From Candidatus Oxydemutator sp. (GTDB taxonomy: Bacteria; Pseudomonadota; Gammaproteobacteria; Poriferisulfidales; Oxydemutatoraceae), in assembly GCA_965203445.1 (NCBI GenBank), contig OZ241883.1, positions 1,120,001 to 1,184,000 on the forward strand: a DNA stretch of 64,000 bases, read 5' to 3'. The notes below the pieces were generated by a model. The model made no database searches, had not been told where the DNA came from, and saw nothing but the letters and a program-made list of their open reading frames with translations. Of this stretch, positions 28,123-37,754 are shown in pieces (positions within the stretch are counted from its first letter, which is position 1; each line of letters opens with the position of its first letter). Position numbers and translations under genes: made by a program.

Positions 28123-29354
28123 AGGGCGAGGGCGCCGTGGCCGACTTTGACGTCGTGGTCGTCGGTGGCGGCTTGGCCGGATCGGCGGCGGCGTTGGCCG
28201 CGTCGGCGGCCGGCGTGCGTTGTGCGATCATCGAGCCGCGCGACGTCGCCGCGGCGGCGAACGTGCCGTTGCGCGCGCTCGCGTTGTCGGCGGTCAGCCG
28301 GCGCATTCTTGACCACGTGGGCGCGTGGCGCGCGTTGCGCGAACGCGCGTGTCCGGTGCGCAAGATCCACGTGTCCGAGCAGGGGGTTTTCGGCGTGACT
28401 CGGATATGCGCGCGGCAGGAGGGACTGGACGCGCTCGGATACGTGGTCACCGCCGCCGACTTGATGCACGCGCTGCACCGGTCGCTGGCCGCGGCGCCCG
28501 CGATGACCGTGCTCTCCCCGGCGCGCGCCGAACGCGTCGAGCGCGATGCCGATTGCGTCCACGTCTCGGTCGCTGACGGCGGCGGCGCGCGCCGCCTGCG
28601 CGCGCGCTTGCTGGTGCTGGCCGACGGCGGCGCGTCGGATTTCTCGCGACGGCTGGGTTTCGAGCCGCGCACCAGGGATTACCGGCAGGTCGCGGTCGTC
28701 GCCGCGGTCGAAACCGACGAGGACGGCGGCGAGCACGTCGCCTATGAACGCTTCACTCCGAACGGCCCGCTCGCGGTGTTGCCGGTCGGCGGCCGTGCGC
28801 GCGTGGTCGCGTGGGTACACCCCGAGGCCGCGGCCGCCGAAGTCGCGGCCCTGCCGGACGCCGATTTCATCGCGCGTCTGCAACGGGTGCTGGGGAGGCG
28901 TCTCGGCCGCCTGGCGAATCCGGGGGAGCGTTTCGTCTATCCGCTGACGTTGCGCCGTGCGCCCGGCATGGCGCGCGATCGCGTCGTGCTGTTGGGCGAC
29001 GCCGCGCACCGCGTGCATCCGGTCGCCGGGCAGGGCTACAATCTGACGTTGCGCGACGTGGCTTTTCTGTCGCAGTGCGCGGCGGACGCCGGCGACGTCG
29101 GCGCGCGTGCGGTGCTCGACGCGTACCAGGCGTGCAGGACGCGCGACGTGCGCCGCGTGGTGCGCTTCACCGACGCGCTCGCCACGGCCTTTGTAAAACC
29201 CGGCAGGAGCGCGGCGTGTCTGCGTGGCGCCGCTCTCGTCGCGCTCGATCTGCTGCCGCCGTTGCGCCGCGCCATCGTGCGTCGCAGCCTCGGTCTGGCG
29301 CCGCCGTGGCCGCGTCTCGCCGGTGTTCCGCCGGTCACAGCCGATGCGGCCTGA
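28119..29354 (+). CDS. ubiH: 2-octaprenyl-6-methoxyphenol hydroxylase
   Basis: GGGLAG, AYERFTPNGPLA, GDAAHRVHPVAGQGYNL; pepP-ubiH order. Confidence 0.88.
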   Translation: MKGEGAVADFDVVVVGGGLAGSAAALAASAAGVRCAIIEPRDVAAAANVPLRALALSAVSRRILDHVGAWRALRERACPVRKIHVSEQGVFGVTRICARQEGLDALGYVVTAADLMHALHRSLAAAPAMTVLSPARAERVERDADCVHVSVADGGGARRLRARLLVLADGGASDFSRRLGFEPRTRDYRQVAVVAAVETDEDGGEHVAYERFTPNGPLAVLPVGGRARVVAWVHPEAAAAEVAALPDADFIARLQRVLGRRLGRLANPGERFVYPLTLRRAPGMARDRVVLLGDAAHRVHPVAGQGYNLTLRDVAFLSQCAADAGDVGARAVLDAYQACRTRDVRRVVRFTDALATAFVKPGRSAACLRGAALVALDLLPPLRRAIVRRSLGLAPPWPRLAGVPPVTADAA

Positions 29355-30546
29355 ACCGCCGACGGCAGTCGTCGGCGGCGGCGTCATCGGCCTGGCGTGC
29401 GCGGCCAGACTGGGATTGGACGGGCGTCGCGTGCTGCTGTTCGCGTCGCGACCGCGCGCCGTCGCGACCGACGCCGATGCTCCCTATACTCCGAGAACCT
29501 ACGCGCTGAACGCCGCCGCGTGCGCGTTTCTCGATTCCATCGGCGTGCTCGGGTCGCTGGCACGCTACGAGCGCTTTTGCGCGCTCGAGGTATGGGACGC
29601 CGAAGGCGGCGGGCGCATTCGCTTCGACGCGGCGGGTATCGGCGCCTCGCATCTGGGGCTGGTCGTCGAACACGCGCATTTGTCGCGGGCCTTGTTCACG
29701 CGCCTCGATGCGCTGGCGTGCGTCGAGCGTATCGAAGCGCGCCCGGCGGCGTATGCGCGGGCCGCGGCCGCGCATACGCACGGCGCGCCCCGTGGCCGGC
29801 GTATCTTCTTCGACGCGGGCGAGCGCGACGTGGGGGTGATCATCGGCGCCGACGGTGCGCGCTCCCGGGTGCGCGAATGGATGGGGGTGGGGTGGCGCGC
29901 GTGCGACTATCGGCAGACCGCGCTGGCCGCCGTCGTGCGCACCGAGATCGGGCACGAGGCCACCTGCTGGCAGTGCTTTTCGCGCGACGGTATCGTCGCG
30001 TTTCTGCCGTTGGCTGAGCGCGTCTGCGCGGTGGTCTGGTCGTGCCCGCGCGCGCTGGCCGGCGAGATCCTGGGCACGGGCGGGGACGCGGGCGCTTCTT
30101 TCGAGAGGCGTCTGGAACGCGCCTTCGGCGGGCGTCTCGGCGGCGTCGAACTCGTGTCCGAGGTCGCCTCGTTCCCGCTCTACGGCGGCATCGCCCGCGA
30201 CTACGTGCGCCCGGGTTTTGCGCTGGTCGGCGACGCCGCCCACGGCGTGCATCCGCTGGCGGGGCAGGGCGCGAACCTGGGTTTCGCCGACTTGGCGGCT
30301 TTGTTCGAGGCGCGCGAACAAAGCCGCGCCGCGGCCTTCTCGTGGCCGGTGTTGCGCCGTTATCAGAGAAGCGTCAAGGCGCGCAACTGGTGCATGAAGA
30401 CCGGGCTGGAAGCGCTGCTGTGGTTGTTCTCGCACCGCCGGGGCGCGGTGGTCGCGACGCGCAGCGCCGGTCTGGATTGCAGCGACCGTATCGCGCCGTT
30501 GAAGAGTTTCTTTATGCGCGTCGCCGGTGGCGCGCCACTCGGGTGA
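29344..30546 (+). CDS. ubiI: UbiI/UbiF family FAD-dependent hydroxylase
   Basis: GGGVIG, GADGARSRVR, GDAAHGVHPLAGQGANLG; follows ubiH. Confidence 0.78.
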   Translation: MRPEPPTAVVGGGVIGLACAARLGLDGRRVLLFASRPRAVATDADAPYTPRTYALNAAACAFLDSIGVLGSLARYERFCALEVWDAEGGGRIRFDAAGIGASHLGLVVEHAHLSRALFTRLDALACVERIEARPAAYARAAAAHTHGAPRGRRIFFDAGERDVGVIIGADGARSRVREWMGVGWRACDYRQTALAAVVRTEIGHEATCWQCFSRDGIVAFLPLAERVCAVVWSCPRALAGEILGTGGDAGASFERRLERAFGGRLGGVELVSEVASFPLYGGIARDYVRPGFALVGDAAHGVHPLAGQGANLGFADLAALFEAREQSRAAAFSWPVLRRYQRSVKARNWCMKTGLEALLWLFSHRRGAVVATRSAGLDCSDRIAPLKSFFMRVAGGAPLG

Positions 30547-30621
30547 CGGGCCGCCGCGGGTTTGTCCGGCTGTGCCCGGTTCTGCACGACCGCGACCGGG
30601 CGTCGTCGTCGTGCGCGCGGT

Positions 30622-31128
30622 TCAGCCGTCTTGCAGCGCCGCCAGCGCGCTCTCGTAGTCCGGTTCGTCGCTGATCTCGCCGACCAATTCGCCGTGCAGC
30701 ACCTGGTTGTGCTCATCGAGCACGACGACGGCGCGCGCGGTGATGCCGGCGAGCGGGCCGTCCTCTATCAGGACGCCGTAATCGCGCGCGAAATCGCGCG
30801 AGCGCATCATGGACAGCGCGACGACGTCTTCCAGCCCCTCGGCGTCGCAGAAACGGTGCATCGCAAAGGGCAGGTCGGCGGACACCACCAGGATTTTGGC
30901 GTGCTCCTGACGCGCCGCCGCGGTATCGAATCTTTTGGTCGAGGTCGCGCACACCGGCGTGTCGAGGCTCGGCACGATGCTGATCAGCTTTTTCGAACCG
31001 GGGAAGGATTCCAGCGTAAGATCCTCGAGTTCATGGTTCGTCAGTCTGAAGTCGGGCGCCTGCGAACCGTTCGCCGGCAACTCGCCGTTGGTGTGAACCT
31101 CCTTGCCTTGCAAGGTAATAATTGCCAT
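30622..31128 (-). CDS. tpx: Thiol peroxidase
   Basis: VPSLDTPVCATST, SADLPFAMHRFC, EPDYE. Confidence 0.95.
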   Translation of the reverse strand: MAIITLQGKEVHTNGELPANGSQAPDFRLTNHELEDLTLESFPGSKKLISIVPSLDTPVCATSTKRFDTAAARQEHAKILVVSADLPFAMHRFCDAEGLEDVVALSMMRSRDFARDYGVLIEDGPLAGITARAVVVLDEHNQVLHGELVGEISDEPDYESALAALQDG

Positions 31129-31438
31129 TACGCTTCCTCCATAGTGTCGGGTAACGGTGCGGGAATGCGCGCGCATTATACTAAAATGCAGGGGTGTGCA
31201 TGGGGAGCCGCGGGCGGCGCGCGGGAGAAGACGCTTTTTTATCCGATAACAAGCAGATATGCGAGTGTGGACGAGATCTCTGCCACGGGTTTTTGAACGT
31301 TTTGCGGCGTCGAACCCGCCGTCGCTTCTCGTACAATGCGCGTGTCCGCAAGGGCTTGGTTGCAGAGTGCGACGCGCGGGCGTCGTGGCGCGTCTTAGCG
31401 GACGGCGTGAACCACGGATACTCTATCGGAGGAGAACC

Positions 31439-31777
31439 ATGAGCGACAAGTACGAACAAGTATCGAAGTTTTTCGAGGAAGCCAGGACCAACGCGTCGTT
31501 GCGCGCGGCCCTGGCGCGGACCCGGAGCGAAGACGACGCGCTCGAGGTGGCCCGTCGTTTCGGCTATGAGTTCACCGAAGACGACGTGGCCGCGCTCAAG
31601 GAGCGGGTCGCCGTGCTGGACGAGGAGGAAATGGCGGACGTTTCCGGCGGTGATCCGCCGGGCGCCCCGATCACGCCCGTGGACTACGACGGGAGTTCCG
31701 CCTTCCAGAGTCTTTCGAGTGGTAGCCGCGGCAGATTGCTGAGAGGACTGCAAAGCTTTCGGTGCGGCCTGTCGTAG
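31439..31777 (+). CDS. Nif11-like leader RiPP precursor
   Basis: FFEEARTNASLRAAL...VARRFGYEFTEDD...LDEEEMADVSGG double-glycine site, then a 41-aa core; RBS GGAGGAG. Confidence 0.8.
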   Translation: MSDKYEQVSKFFEEARTNASLRAALARTRSEDDALEVARRFGYEFTEDDVAALKERVAVLDEEEMADVSGGDPPGAPITPVDYDGSSAFQSLSSGSRGRLLRGLQSFRCGLS

Positions 31778-31861
31778 CGCCCCGCGTGGCGGTGCAGATT
31801 TCGGCCCTTGCATGGACGCCGGTCGCGGCGACGGTCTCGTAATAAAACAGGATGAACCGAT

Positions 31862-31890
31862 AAGCCCCCTTCTCGAAGGGGACTTTTCTT
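31862..31890 (+). terminator. Putative terminator
   Basis: AAGCCCCCTTC-TC-GAAGGGGACTTTTCTT. Confidence 0.5.
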
Positions 31891-32049
31891 GTTCGTCGTG
31901 CCCGCCGCCTCGCGCTTCGTCATTTCCGCGAAAGCCGCAACCCGGCCACAAGACGGCGGCTCCGCCCCACGTCCGGCTGCCATAATTCTGTTACATTCGG
32001 CGCGTATAAAGGCGCCCATTCACCTTGTTTATCCATCCGGAGGAATTCA

Positions 32050-33243
32050 ATGTCTATTTTGCAATCCCGAATCGCGGGCATCCTGTTTCTGTCGCTTGCT
32101 TTTGTCGGTGCATCGCCGACGGCGTCCGCCGCCAAGTTCAAAGTCGGGGACGGTGCGACGATAGACGTCTGGGGTCTGCTGCAATTCGGTTTCGAGCAGT
32201 ACGACAGAAAAGGCGGCGACTCGGATCGGGACGGCCTGGAGTTCGACACCGACCGCGTTCGCTTCGGCACCAAGATGAAGTGGGGCGACTGGGACGGTGG
32301 TTTTCAGTTCGACGCCAATAACACCGATGGCGGCGGCAGGCCGACCACGCTCGATACTTTCATCCGCGACGCGTTTGTCCGCTACAAGTTCGGCGACGCC
32401 GCAAAGCTCAAATTAGGCCAGTTCAAGACGCCGGTCGGCATGGGTTACACGTTGAGCGGCACGCGCCTGCCGCTGATCAAGCGCACGTTCACGGCGCGCT
32501 TGGCGCTCGACCGTTCCATCGGCGCGATGCTGAGCGGACGCAACGTCGGCGGCGGCAAGGAAACCGGCGGTTTTGGTTACGACGTCGGCATCTTCAACAC
32601 CGCCGATCGTTCCAAGGCCGTTGGAATTATTGATGATAGTCAAAAGGGTGATGATCATAGTTTCGCCGCCCGCCTGATGTACGACTACGGCAAGGTGCTG
32701 CACGTGCAGGCGTATTACGGCGAGATCGAGAACGCCGGAGGGCCGGACGATGGTTTTCACGCTTGTGCCGCCGATGCAGATGACAATACCGCCGGCTATC
32801 AGCCGTCTCGATATGGTTGTACGGAAGCAGGTCAAGAATTGGATAGCGAAGACTACGAAGTCATGGGCGCGGGTATGATCTACAAAAACGGCCCGATGCA
32901 TTTCCGTGCCGAGTATATTGACGGTGAAGACGTGCGGGGCAGGGACGGATACGACGAACGGGCGTGGTATCTGATGGCCGGCTACAAGTTCACCGACGTC
33001 GTCGAGGGCATGGTGCGTTATCAGGACATGGAATGCGACAACTGCGGCGGCGCCGCCAACGTGGATGAAGACATCAACCGCCTCGAGGTCGGCCTGAACT
33101 TTTATCTCGGCCCCAACGACAGGAACGGGCGCGTGCAGCTGAACTACGTCACAGTCGGCGGCGACGAGGAGGATTATTCCGGTCGCGCCAGCGGCGACGA
33201 CAAGTACGACGCGATATTAGGTCAAGTCCAACTGTATTTCTAA
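32050..33243 (+). CDS. Outer membrane porin (OprO/P-like)
   Basis: Signal peptide, KLGQFKTP motif, alternating beta strands, terminal QLYF. Confidence 0.8.
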   Translation: MSILQSRIAGILFLSLAFVGASPTASAAKFKVGDGATIDVWGLLQFGFEQYDRKGGDSDRDGLEFDTDRVRFGTKMKWGDWDGGFQFDANNTDGGGRPTTLDTFIRDAFVRYKFGDAAKLKLGQFKTPVGMGYTLSGTRLPLIKRTFTARLALDRSIGAMLSGRNVGGGKETGGFGYDVGIFNTADRSKAVGIIDDSQKGDDHSFAARLMYDYGKVLHVQAYYGEIENAGGPDDGFHACAADADDNTAGYQPSRYGCTEAGQELDSEDYEVMGAGMIYKNGPMHFRAEYIDGEDVRGRDGYDERAWYLMAGYKFTDVVEGMVRYQDMECDNCGGAANVDEDINRLEVGLNFYLGPNDRNGRVQLNYVTVGGDEEDYSGRASGDDKYDAILGQVQLYF

Positions 33244-33352
33244 AGTCTCCTTACGCGGTCGCTTCGCCGGCACCCGGCGAAGCGGTGTTTCGATGCGTGG
33301 CAATGGGGTTGCGTTTGCGTGTCGTGCAACCTCGTTAGATGGCCTCATCTGC

Positions 33353-33385
33353 ATGCCCGGCGGCACGTCCGCCGGGCATTTTTTT
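33353..33385 (+). terminator. Intrinsic terminator after the porin
   Basis: ATGCCCGGCGG-CACGT-CCGCCGGGCAT followed by a T-run. Confidence 0.75.
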
Positions 33386-33430
33386 GCGCACCCGCCGGAA
33401 TACCGCTTCGCCGTATAATCGCGTCAGCCC

Positions 33431-34717
33431 ATGTCCCTCCGCTGTTCCTTTTTTTGGCTGTCGCTGCTGACGTTGGCCGCCGCCTCGGGCGCGAGCGCCG
33501 CCGGCGGGCGCGTCGCGGTGGTGTCGTTGTTGGGCGACGTTTTTCCCGCGACCTACATCGGCGCCACCGCGATGTCGAAGCGAACCTACCGCACGCGCGT
33601 GGCGCCGTGGCGGCTCGACGATTACGCGCGCGCCGTCGCCGCCGCCGCCATCAAGCGCGAAGACGAGTTCGACTACGTGGATTTTCGCCCCAATCGCAAG
33701 GCTTTCATGCGTCTCTACAGCGACGAGTTCCGCCTGCTCGACGACGGCCACTACGATGTCGACAACGTCGCCGGTCTGGTGCGCGCGCTGCGCGCGAAGT
33801 ACGGGGTGGATACACTGGTGCTTATCATCGCCGACCGCGTAAGCGACCCGATCGAGGAGACCTCGCTTACGTTCGGCGGCTACGGCCTGTATCGCAACGA
33901 CTTCATCGGCGACCGTAGCTATCTCTACGGTTTTTTCAAGGTGCTCGTGATAGACACCGACACGCTCGCCGAGCGGGCGCGGGGGACGGCCGCGGCCTAC
34001 ACCAGGATAGCCAAACGCTACTGGGGAGCGGGGTTGAATAAACTGTCGCGCGCCGCGCGCCGCACGGTGCGCGATACGACCGAAAGCCTGCTGGCAAAGC
34101 ACGTGCCGCTGGCGCTGGCCGACGCCGGGTTGATCGTGCGCACAAGCGTTGCCGCGCCTATGGATGAAGATGGGCTACCCTCGGGAGGGGAGATCGAGGA
34201 GCTCGAGTTCGAGGCCTCGCGCGTCGCTCCGGGCGAGGCGGGCGCCGACGTCGAGGCCGATTCCGACGCGAACGCCGGCACCGCTCGCCGCCGCGTCGCC
34301 GGTGGCTATGGGGCCGCGGCGCGGCGGCTTTTCATCGCGTCTGACGCGCGCCGGGCGTTCTACGAGTACACGCTGGAACACGTCAAGAATCGTCTGCTGC
34401 ACCGAGGAGAGAGCGCCGCGCCGTACCGGGACGTATGCCGCGCCTGGGTCGCCGAGCACTTTCGGTGGCCCGCCGTCGGAAAGCGGGTGATCGCGATGTA
34501 TCGGCGCACGGGTTTCAGCGCGCGCGATCTTGCCGAGATCGCCGATTTCGGCGCTTCCGCCGCCGGCGCGAAATTGCTGAAAAACGTACGATTTTCCGAC
34601 GAGCAGCGCAAGATATGGCGCGCAGTGGCGACCGCGCCACGTCTGAAAAGGCTGGCTGCGGCGGTGGCTGCACGCCGCGACTTGATCAGGCGCCAGGCCG
34701 GAAACCCGCAACCCTGA
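33431..34717 (+). CDS. Exported hypothetical protein with DUF2059-like C-terminus
   Basis: Signal peptide; FSARDLAEIADFGASAAGAKLL resembles DUF2059. Confidence 0.55.
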   Translation: MSLRCSFFWLSLLTLAAASGASAAGGRVAVVSLLGDVFPATYIGATAMSKRTYRTRVAPWRLDDYARAVAAAAIKREDEFDYVDFRPNRKAFMRLYSDEFRLLDDGHYDVDNVAGLVRALRAKYGVDTLVLIIADRVSDPIEETSLTFGGYGLYRNDFIGDRSYLYGFFKVLVIDTDTLAERARGTAAAYTRIAKRYWGAGLNKLSRAARRTVRDTTESLLAKHVPLALADAGLIVRTSVAAPMDEDGLPSGGEIEELEFEASRVAPGEAGADVEADSDANAGTARRRVAGGYGAAARRLFIASDARRAFYEYTLEHVKNRLLHRGESAAPYRDVCRAWVAEHFRWPAVGKRVIAMYRRTGFSARDLAEIADFGASAAGAKLLKNVRFSDEQRKIWRAVATAPRLKRLAAAVAARRDLIRRQAGNPQP

Positions 34718-34853
34718 AGGTTCCAATTCGCCGACGAGGACGCTGCCGTAAGTTATTGAACGGGAAAGCGCCGGATGCCTGGTATCATGATCTTCCATAT
34801 GATGGTCGGGTTCAATTTCGGCCCGATGACGACGCAGGAGCACAAAACTGAAA

Positions 34854-35159
34854 ATGAAGGACTTTCGCGACGTATTAAGAAGTATGCGGGAAGTGGCGCT
34901 TCAGTACGGCGACGACGCCGAGTTCAAGGCACGCGTGGACGACGATCCGGTCGCGGTGCTGCGAGAGCAGGGAATTGACGTCGCGCCGCCGGAAAAGGGC
35001 GCCGTACGTTTATACGTGAACGACGACAAGACGATGCACATTGTGTTTCCGCCCGCGCCCGGGCAACTCGGCGACGCCAAGTTGGAACGGGTGTCCGGCG
35101 GCACCCACGTCCAATTCGACACTTTCTGGCGCTCGCCCCAGTACTACGGCTATCCCTGA
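34854..35159 (+). CDS. NHLP (nitrile hydratase-like leader, proteusin-type) RiPP precursor
   Basis: DDAEFKARVDDDPVAVLREQGI...MHIVFPPAP..LGDAKLERVSGG, then core THVQFDTFWRSPQYYGYP. Confidence 0.8.
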   Translation: MKDFRDVLRSMREVALQYGDDAEFKARVDDDPVAVLREQGIDVAPPEKGAVRLYVNDDKTMHIVFPPAPGQLGDAKLERVSGGTHVQFDTFWRSPQYYGYP

Positions 35160-36577
35160 ACTTCCCGCGTGTGCGGGTCGTGACCGCTGCGGCAGCGCGC
35201 GGCGGCGGCCAACATTTCCCCGACGCGCGTGAACTTCTCGCGCGGCTTTTGCTTCGGCGCGCCGCGCGCTATCTCGGCGGCGTCTATCGCCTTCCAGCGG
35301 GCGTAGTCCACGTGTTCGACGCCGCGTTCGTCCAGTATCTCGAGCAGTCTCGCGGCGCCGGGTTTTGCGCGCGCGCGCAACGAGGCGGCGTCTTCCAGCA
35401 GCGCCGCGACGGTCTCGACCGCGCACGCGCGGTTGGTGCCGATGATTCCGGACGGCCCCCTCTTGATCCAACCCGCGGTATAGACGCCGGGGACTACCCC
35501 GCCGCCCCTGGACTCGGTAACCCTGCCGGCGCGGTTCGGGAAGGTGCCGCTTGCGTCGTCGAAGGGCACGCCGGCAATCGGCACGCCGCGGTAACCGATG
35601 CTGCGAAACAGCAGGCCGCACGCAAGCGCGCTCGTGGCGCCGGTCGCACGCGCCGATTGGCGAAAAGGTTCGCCTTCGAGGCGGTTGTGTTCGAGCACGA
35701 CGCGCTCAAGCCGCGCGCCGCCTTCGAGGCGCAGCGGGCTTTTCAGGAACGTGAAGCGGCAGACGCGCGGCTTGGCCGCATCCGCGTCGGCGTCCGCGAA
35801 TTGTTGCAGGATGGCGTAGTTTTTTTTGCCCATCGCGCCGGCTTTGTCCTCGATCTCGCGCCGGCTTTGCGGGTTTAGCGCAAGCTCCCGGGCGTCGACG
35901 CGCGCGCTGCAATTTTCGATCGTCAGAAACTCGCGCAATTCCTTCGACGTGAACTTGACCTGCGCCGGGCCGCGCCGCCCGACGACGTGGATCTCGCGGA
36001 TGCGGCTTTCGGCCAGCGCCGCAAGCGCGTGCTCGGCGATGTCGGTGTTTTTCAATTCGTCCACCGATTTGGCGAGGATGCGCGCCGCGTCGGCGGCGAC
36101 GTTGCCCTGGCCGATGATGACCGCGGTCTCGCGGGAGAAGTCGAAGACGCGGTCGCGGTAATCGGGATGGCCGTTGTACCAGCCGACCAGCTCGGTCGCG
36201 GTGTGGCTGCCCGGCAGGTGCTCGCCGGGGATACCGAGCTTGCGGTCGGTCTCCGCGCCGCAGGTATAGATCACGGCGTGGTGCGTTTGCCGCAGTTCCT
36301 CGGCGTCCAGGTCGCGGCCTACGGTGACGTTGCCGATGAAGCGGAACTCGGGGTTGTGCGCGATCTTGTCATAGACCCCGATAGCCTGTTTCAGCTTGGG
36401 ATGATCGGGTGCTACGCCGTTGCGCACCAGCCCGTACGGCGCCGGCAGGCGCTCGATCACGTCGACCCGCACCGGGCAGTCGGATTTGATCAGCGCCTCG
36501 GCGGCGTAAAAGCCGCTCGGCCCGGAACCGACGATGGCTACCTGGAGCGGATTTCTTTCGGTTGCGGTGCGTGCCAC
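35150..36577 (-). CDS. Ferredoxin-NADP+ reductase (adrenodoxin reductase/FprA type)
   Basis: VGSGPSGFYAA, PYGLVRNGVAPDH, GQGNVAAD, GRRGPAQ, GWIKRGPSGIIGTN. Confidence 0.92.
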   Translation of the reverse strand: MARTATERNPLQVAIVGSGPSGFYAAEALIKSDCPVRVDVIERLPAPYGLVRNGVAPDHPKLKQAIGVYDKIAHNPEFRFIGNVTVGRDLDAEELRQTHHAVIYTCGAETDRKLGIPGEHLPGSHTATELVGWYNGHPDYRDRVFDFSRETAVIIGQGNVAADAARILAKSVDELKNTDIAEHALAALAESRIREIHVVGRRGPAQVKFTSKELREFLTIENCSARVDARELALNPQSRREIEDKAGAMGKKNYAILQQFADADADAAKPRVCRFTFLKSPLRLEGGARLERVVLEHNRLEGEPFRQSARATGATSALACGLLFRSIGYRGVPIAGVPFDDASGTFPNRAGRVTESRGGGVVPGVYTAGWIKRGPSGIIGTNRACAVETVAALLEDAASLRARAKPGAARLLEILDERGVEHVDYARWKAIDAAEIARGAPKQKPREKFTRVGEMLAAAARCRSGHDPHTREVQG

Positions 36578-36584
36578 CGAGGCG

Positions 36585-36890
36585 TCAAAAGCCGAGTTCC
36601 GCCTTGCGGTCGTCGGCGCCCGGCAGCGGATCCATTTTGTCCTCTATCACCGGCAGGCCGGGGGCGCGTTCGGCGTTGATCGCGATCCACTCGTGCTTGT
36701 CCTCTGGCAGGTCGTCCTCCTCGTATATCGCCTCGACCGGGCATTCCGGGATGCACGCGCTGCAATCTATGCACACGTCGGGGTCTATGTAGAGCATTTC
36801 GTCGTCGTAGTGAAAGCAGGCGACCGGGCACACCGAAACGCAGTCGGTGAAGCGGCAACCCTTGCAGTTGTCGGTAACGATGGTGGTCAT
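36585..36890 (-). CDS. fdxA: FdxA-type dicluster ferredoxin
   Basis: VTDNCKGCRFTDCVSVCPVACF...CIDCSACIPECPVEAI. Confidence 0.9.
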   Translation of the reverse strand: MTTIVTDNCKGCRFTDCVSVCPVACFHYDDEMLYIDPDVCIDCSACIPECPVEAIYEEDDLPEDKHEWIAINAERAPGLPVIEDKMDPLPGADDRKAELGF

Positions 36891-36924
36891 GGGGTTTCTC
36901 CGGTTATTTGCCAGGTGGATTCTA

Positions 36925-37740
36925 TCAGTCCGACGGATGAAACAACAGAATTTCACCCTTGTTCAATTCGAGTCCGTCGCCACTGAAGCGCCGGTAGAGA
37001 CCGCTTGCATGGCGGTCTTCGACGGCGAGGCCGAGGTGCCGCAGGCGCGCCAGGTAGAGCGCGATGAACGGCGGTCGGTAGGTGCAGGCGTAGCCGTAGG
37101 TCGGCAGCATTTCCGCCGGCCTCATGCTCACGATGGTGGCGCGTTTCATGCCGGCGCCGGCGCGTATGCCGAGGTTGCCGAACACGAAGATCGTGCCCGC
37201 GATTGCGTTGACGCCGGTGAAGTCGCCGGCGTCGCCGCCGATGGCGATCAGGCCGCGGCGCATGGCCGCCCCGACCTCGTTGCGGACGCTGCCGTGGACG
37301 ATAATCTCGCCGCCGCAAATGCCGGAAGTCTGGCCGCGGTAGGCGCTGCCGACCATGTGCCCGGCGTCGCCCTTGACGATGATGCGCCCGCCCCTCATCT
37401 CCGGCCCGACCCAGTCGTGGGCGTCGCCGTCGACGACAATCTCGCCGCCGCTCATGCCCCAGCCGAGGTGCATACCGGCGTTGCCCGCGACGCGGATACT
37501 GCCGTGCGACATCTGTGCGCCGATCATCTTGACCAGCGACAGGTCGCCGCCGAGCGCGATCTCGTCGCCGCCTTGGCCTTGGACCTTGAAGAAGTCGCCG
37601 ATGCGCACCTTGCGGTTGCCGTGCATCGCGTCGAGATTCTCGACCGCGGCCGCGCTCAGGCCGGCCAGGCGGTGCGGGGTCAGACATTCCGCCTCGAGCG
37701 GCACCTCGGGGCGCGTGTGCAGCGTCAGTTCGATGGCCAT
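36925..37740 (-). CDS. fwdC: Formylmethanofuran dehydrogenase subunit C
   Basis: VPLEAECL, GXGMXGG beta-helix repeats, GAGMKRATI, terminal KGEIL. Confidence 0.92.
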   Translation of the reverse strand: MAIELTLHTRPEVPLEAECLTPHRLAGLSAAAVENLDAMHGNRKVRIGDFFKVQGQGGDEIALGGDLSLVKMIGAQMSHGSIRVAGNAGMHLGWGMSGGEIVVDGDAHDWVGPEMRGGRIIVKGDAGHMVGSAYRGQTSGICGGEIIVHGSVRNEVGAAMRRGLIAIGGDAGDFTGVNAIAGTIFVFGNLGIRAGAGMKRATIVSMRPAEMLPTYGYACTYRPPFIALYLARLRHLGLAVEDRHASGLYRRFSGDGLELNKGEILLFHPSD

Positions 37741-37754
37741 GGTGCGCTCCGCGC

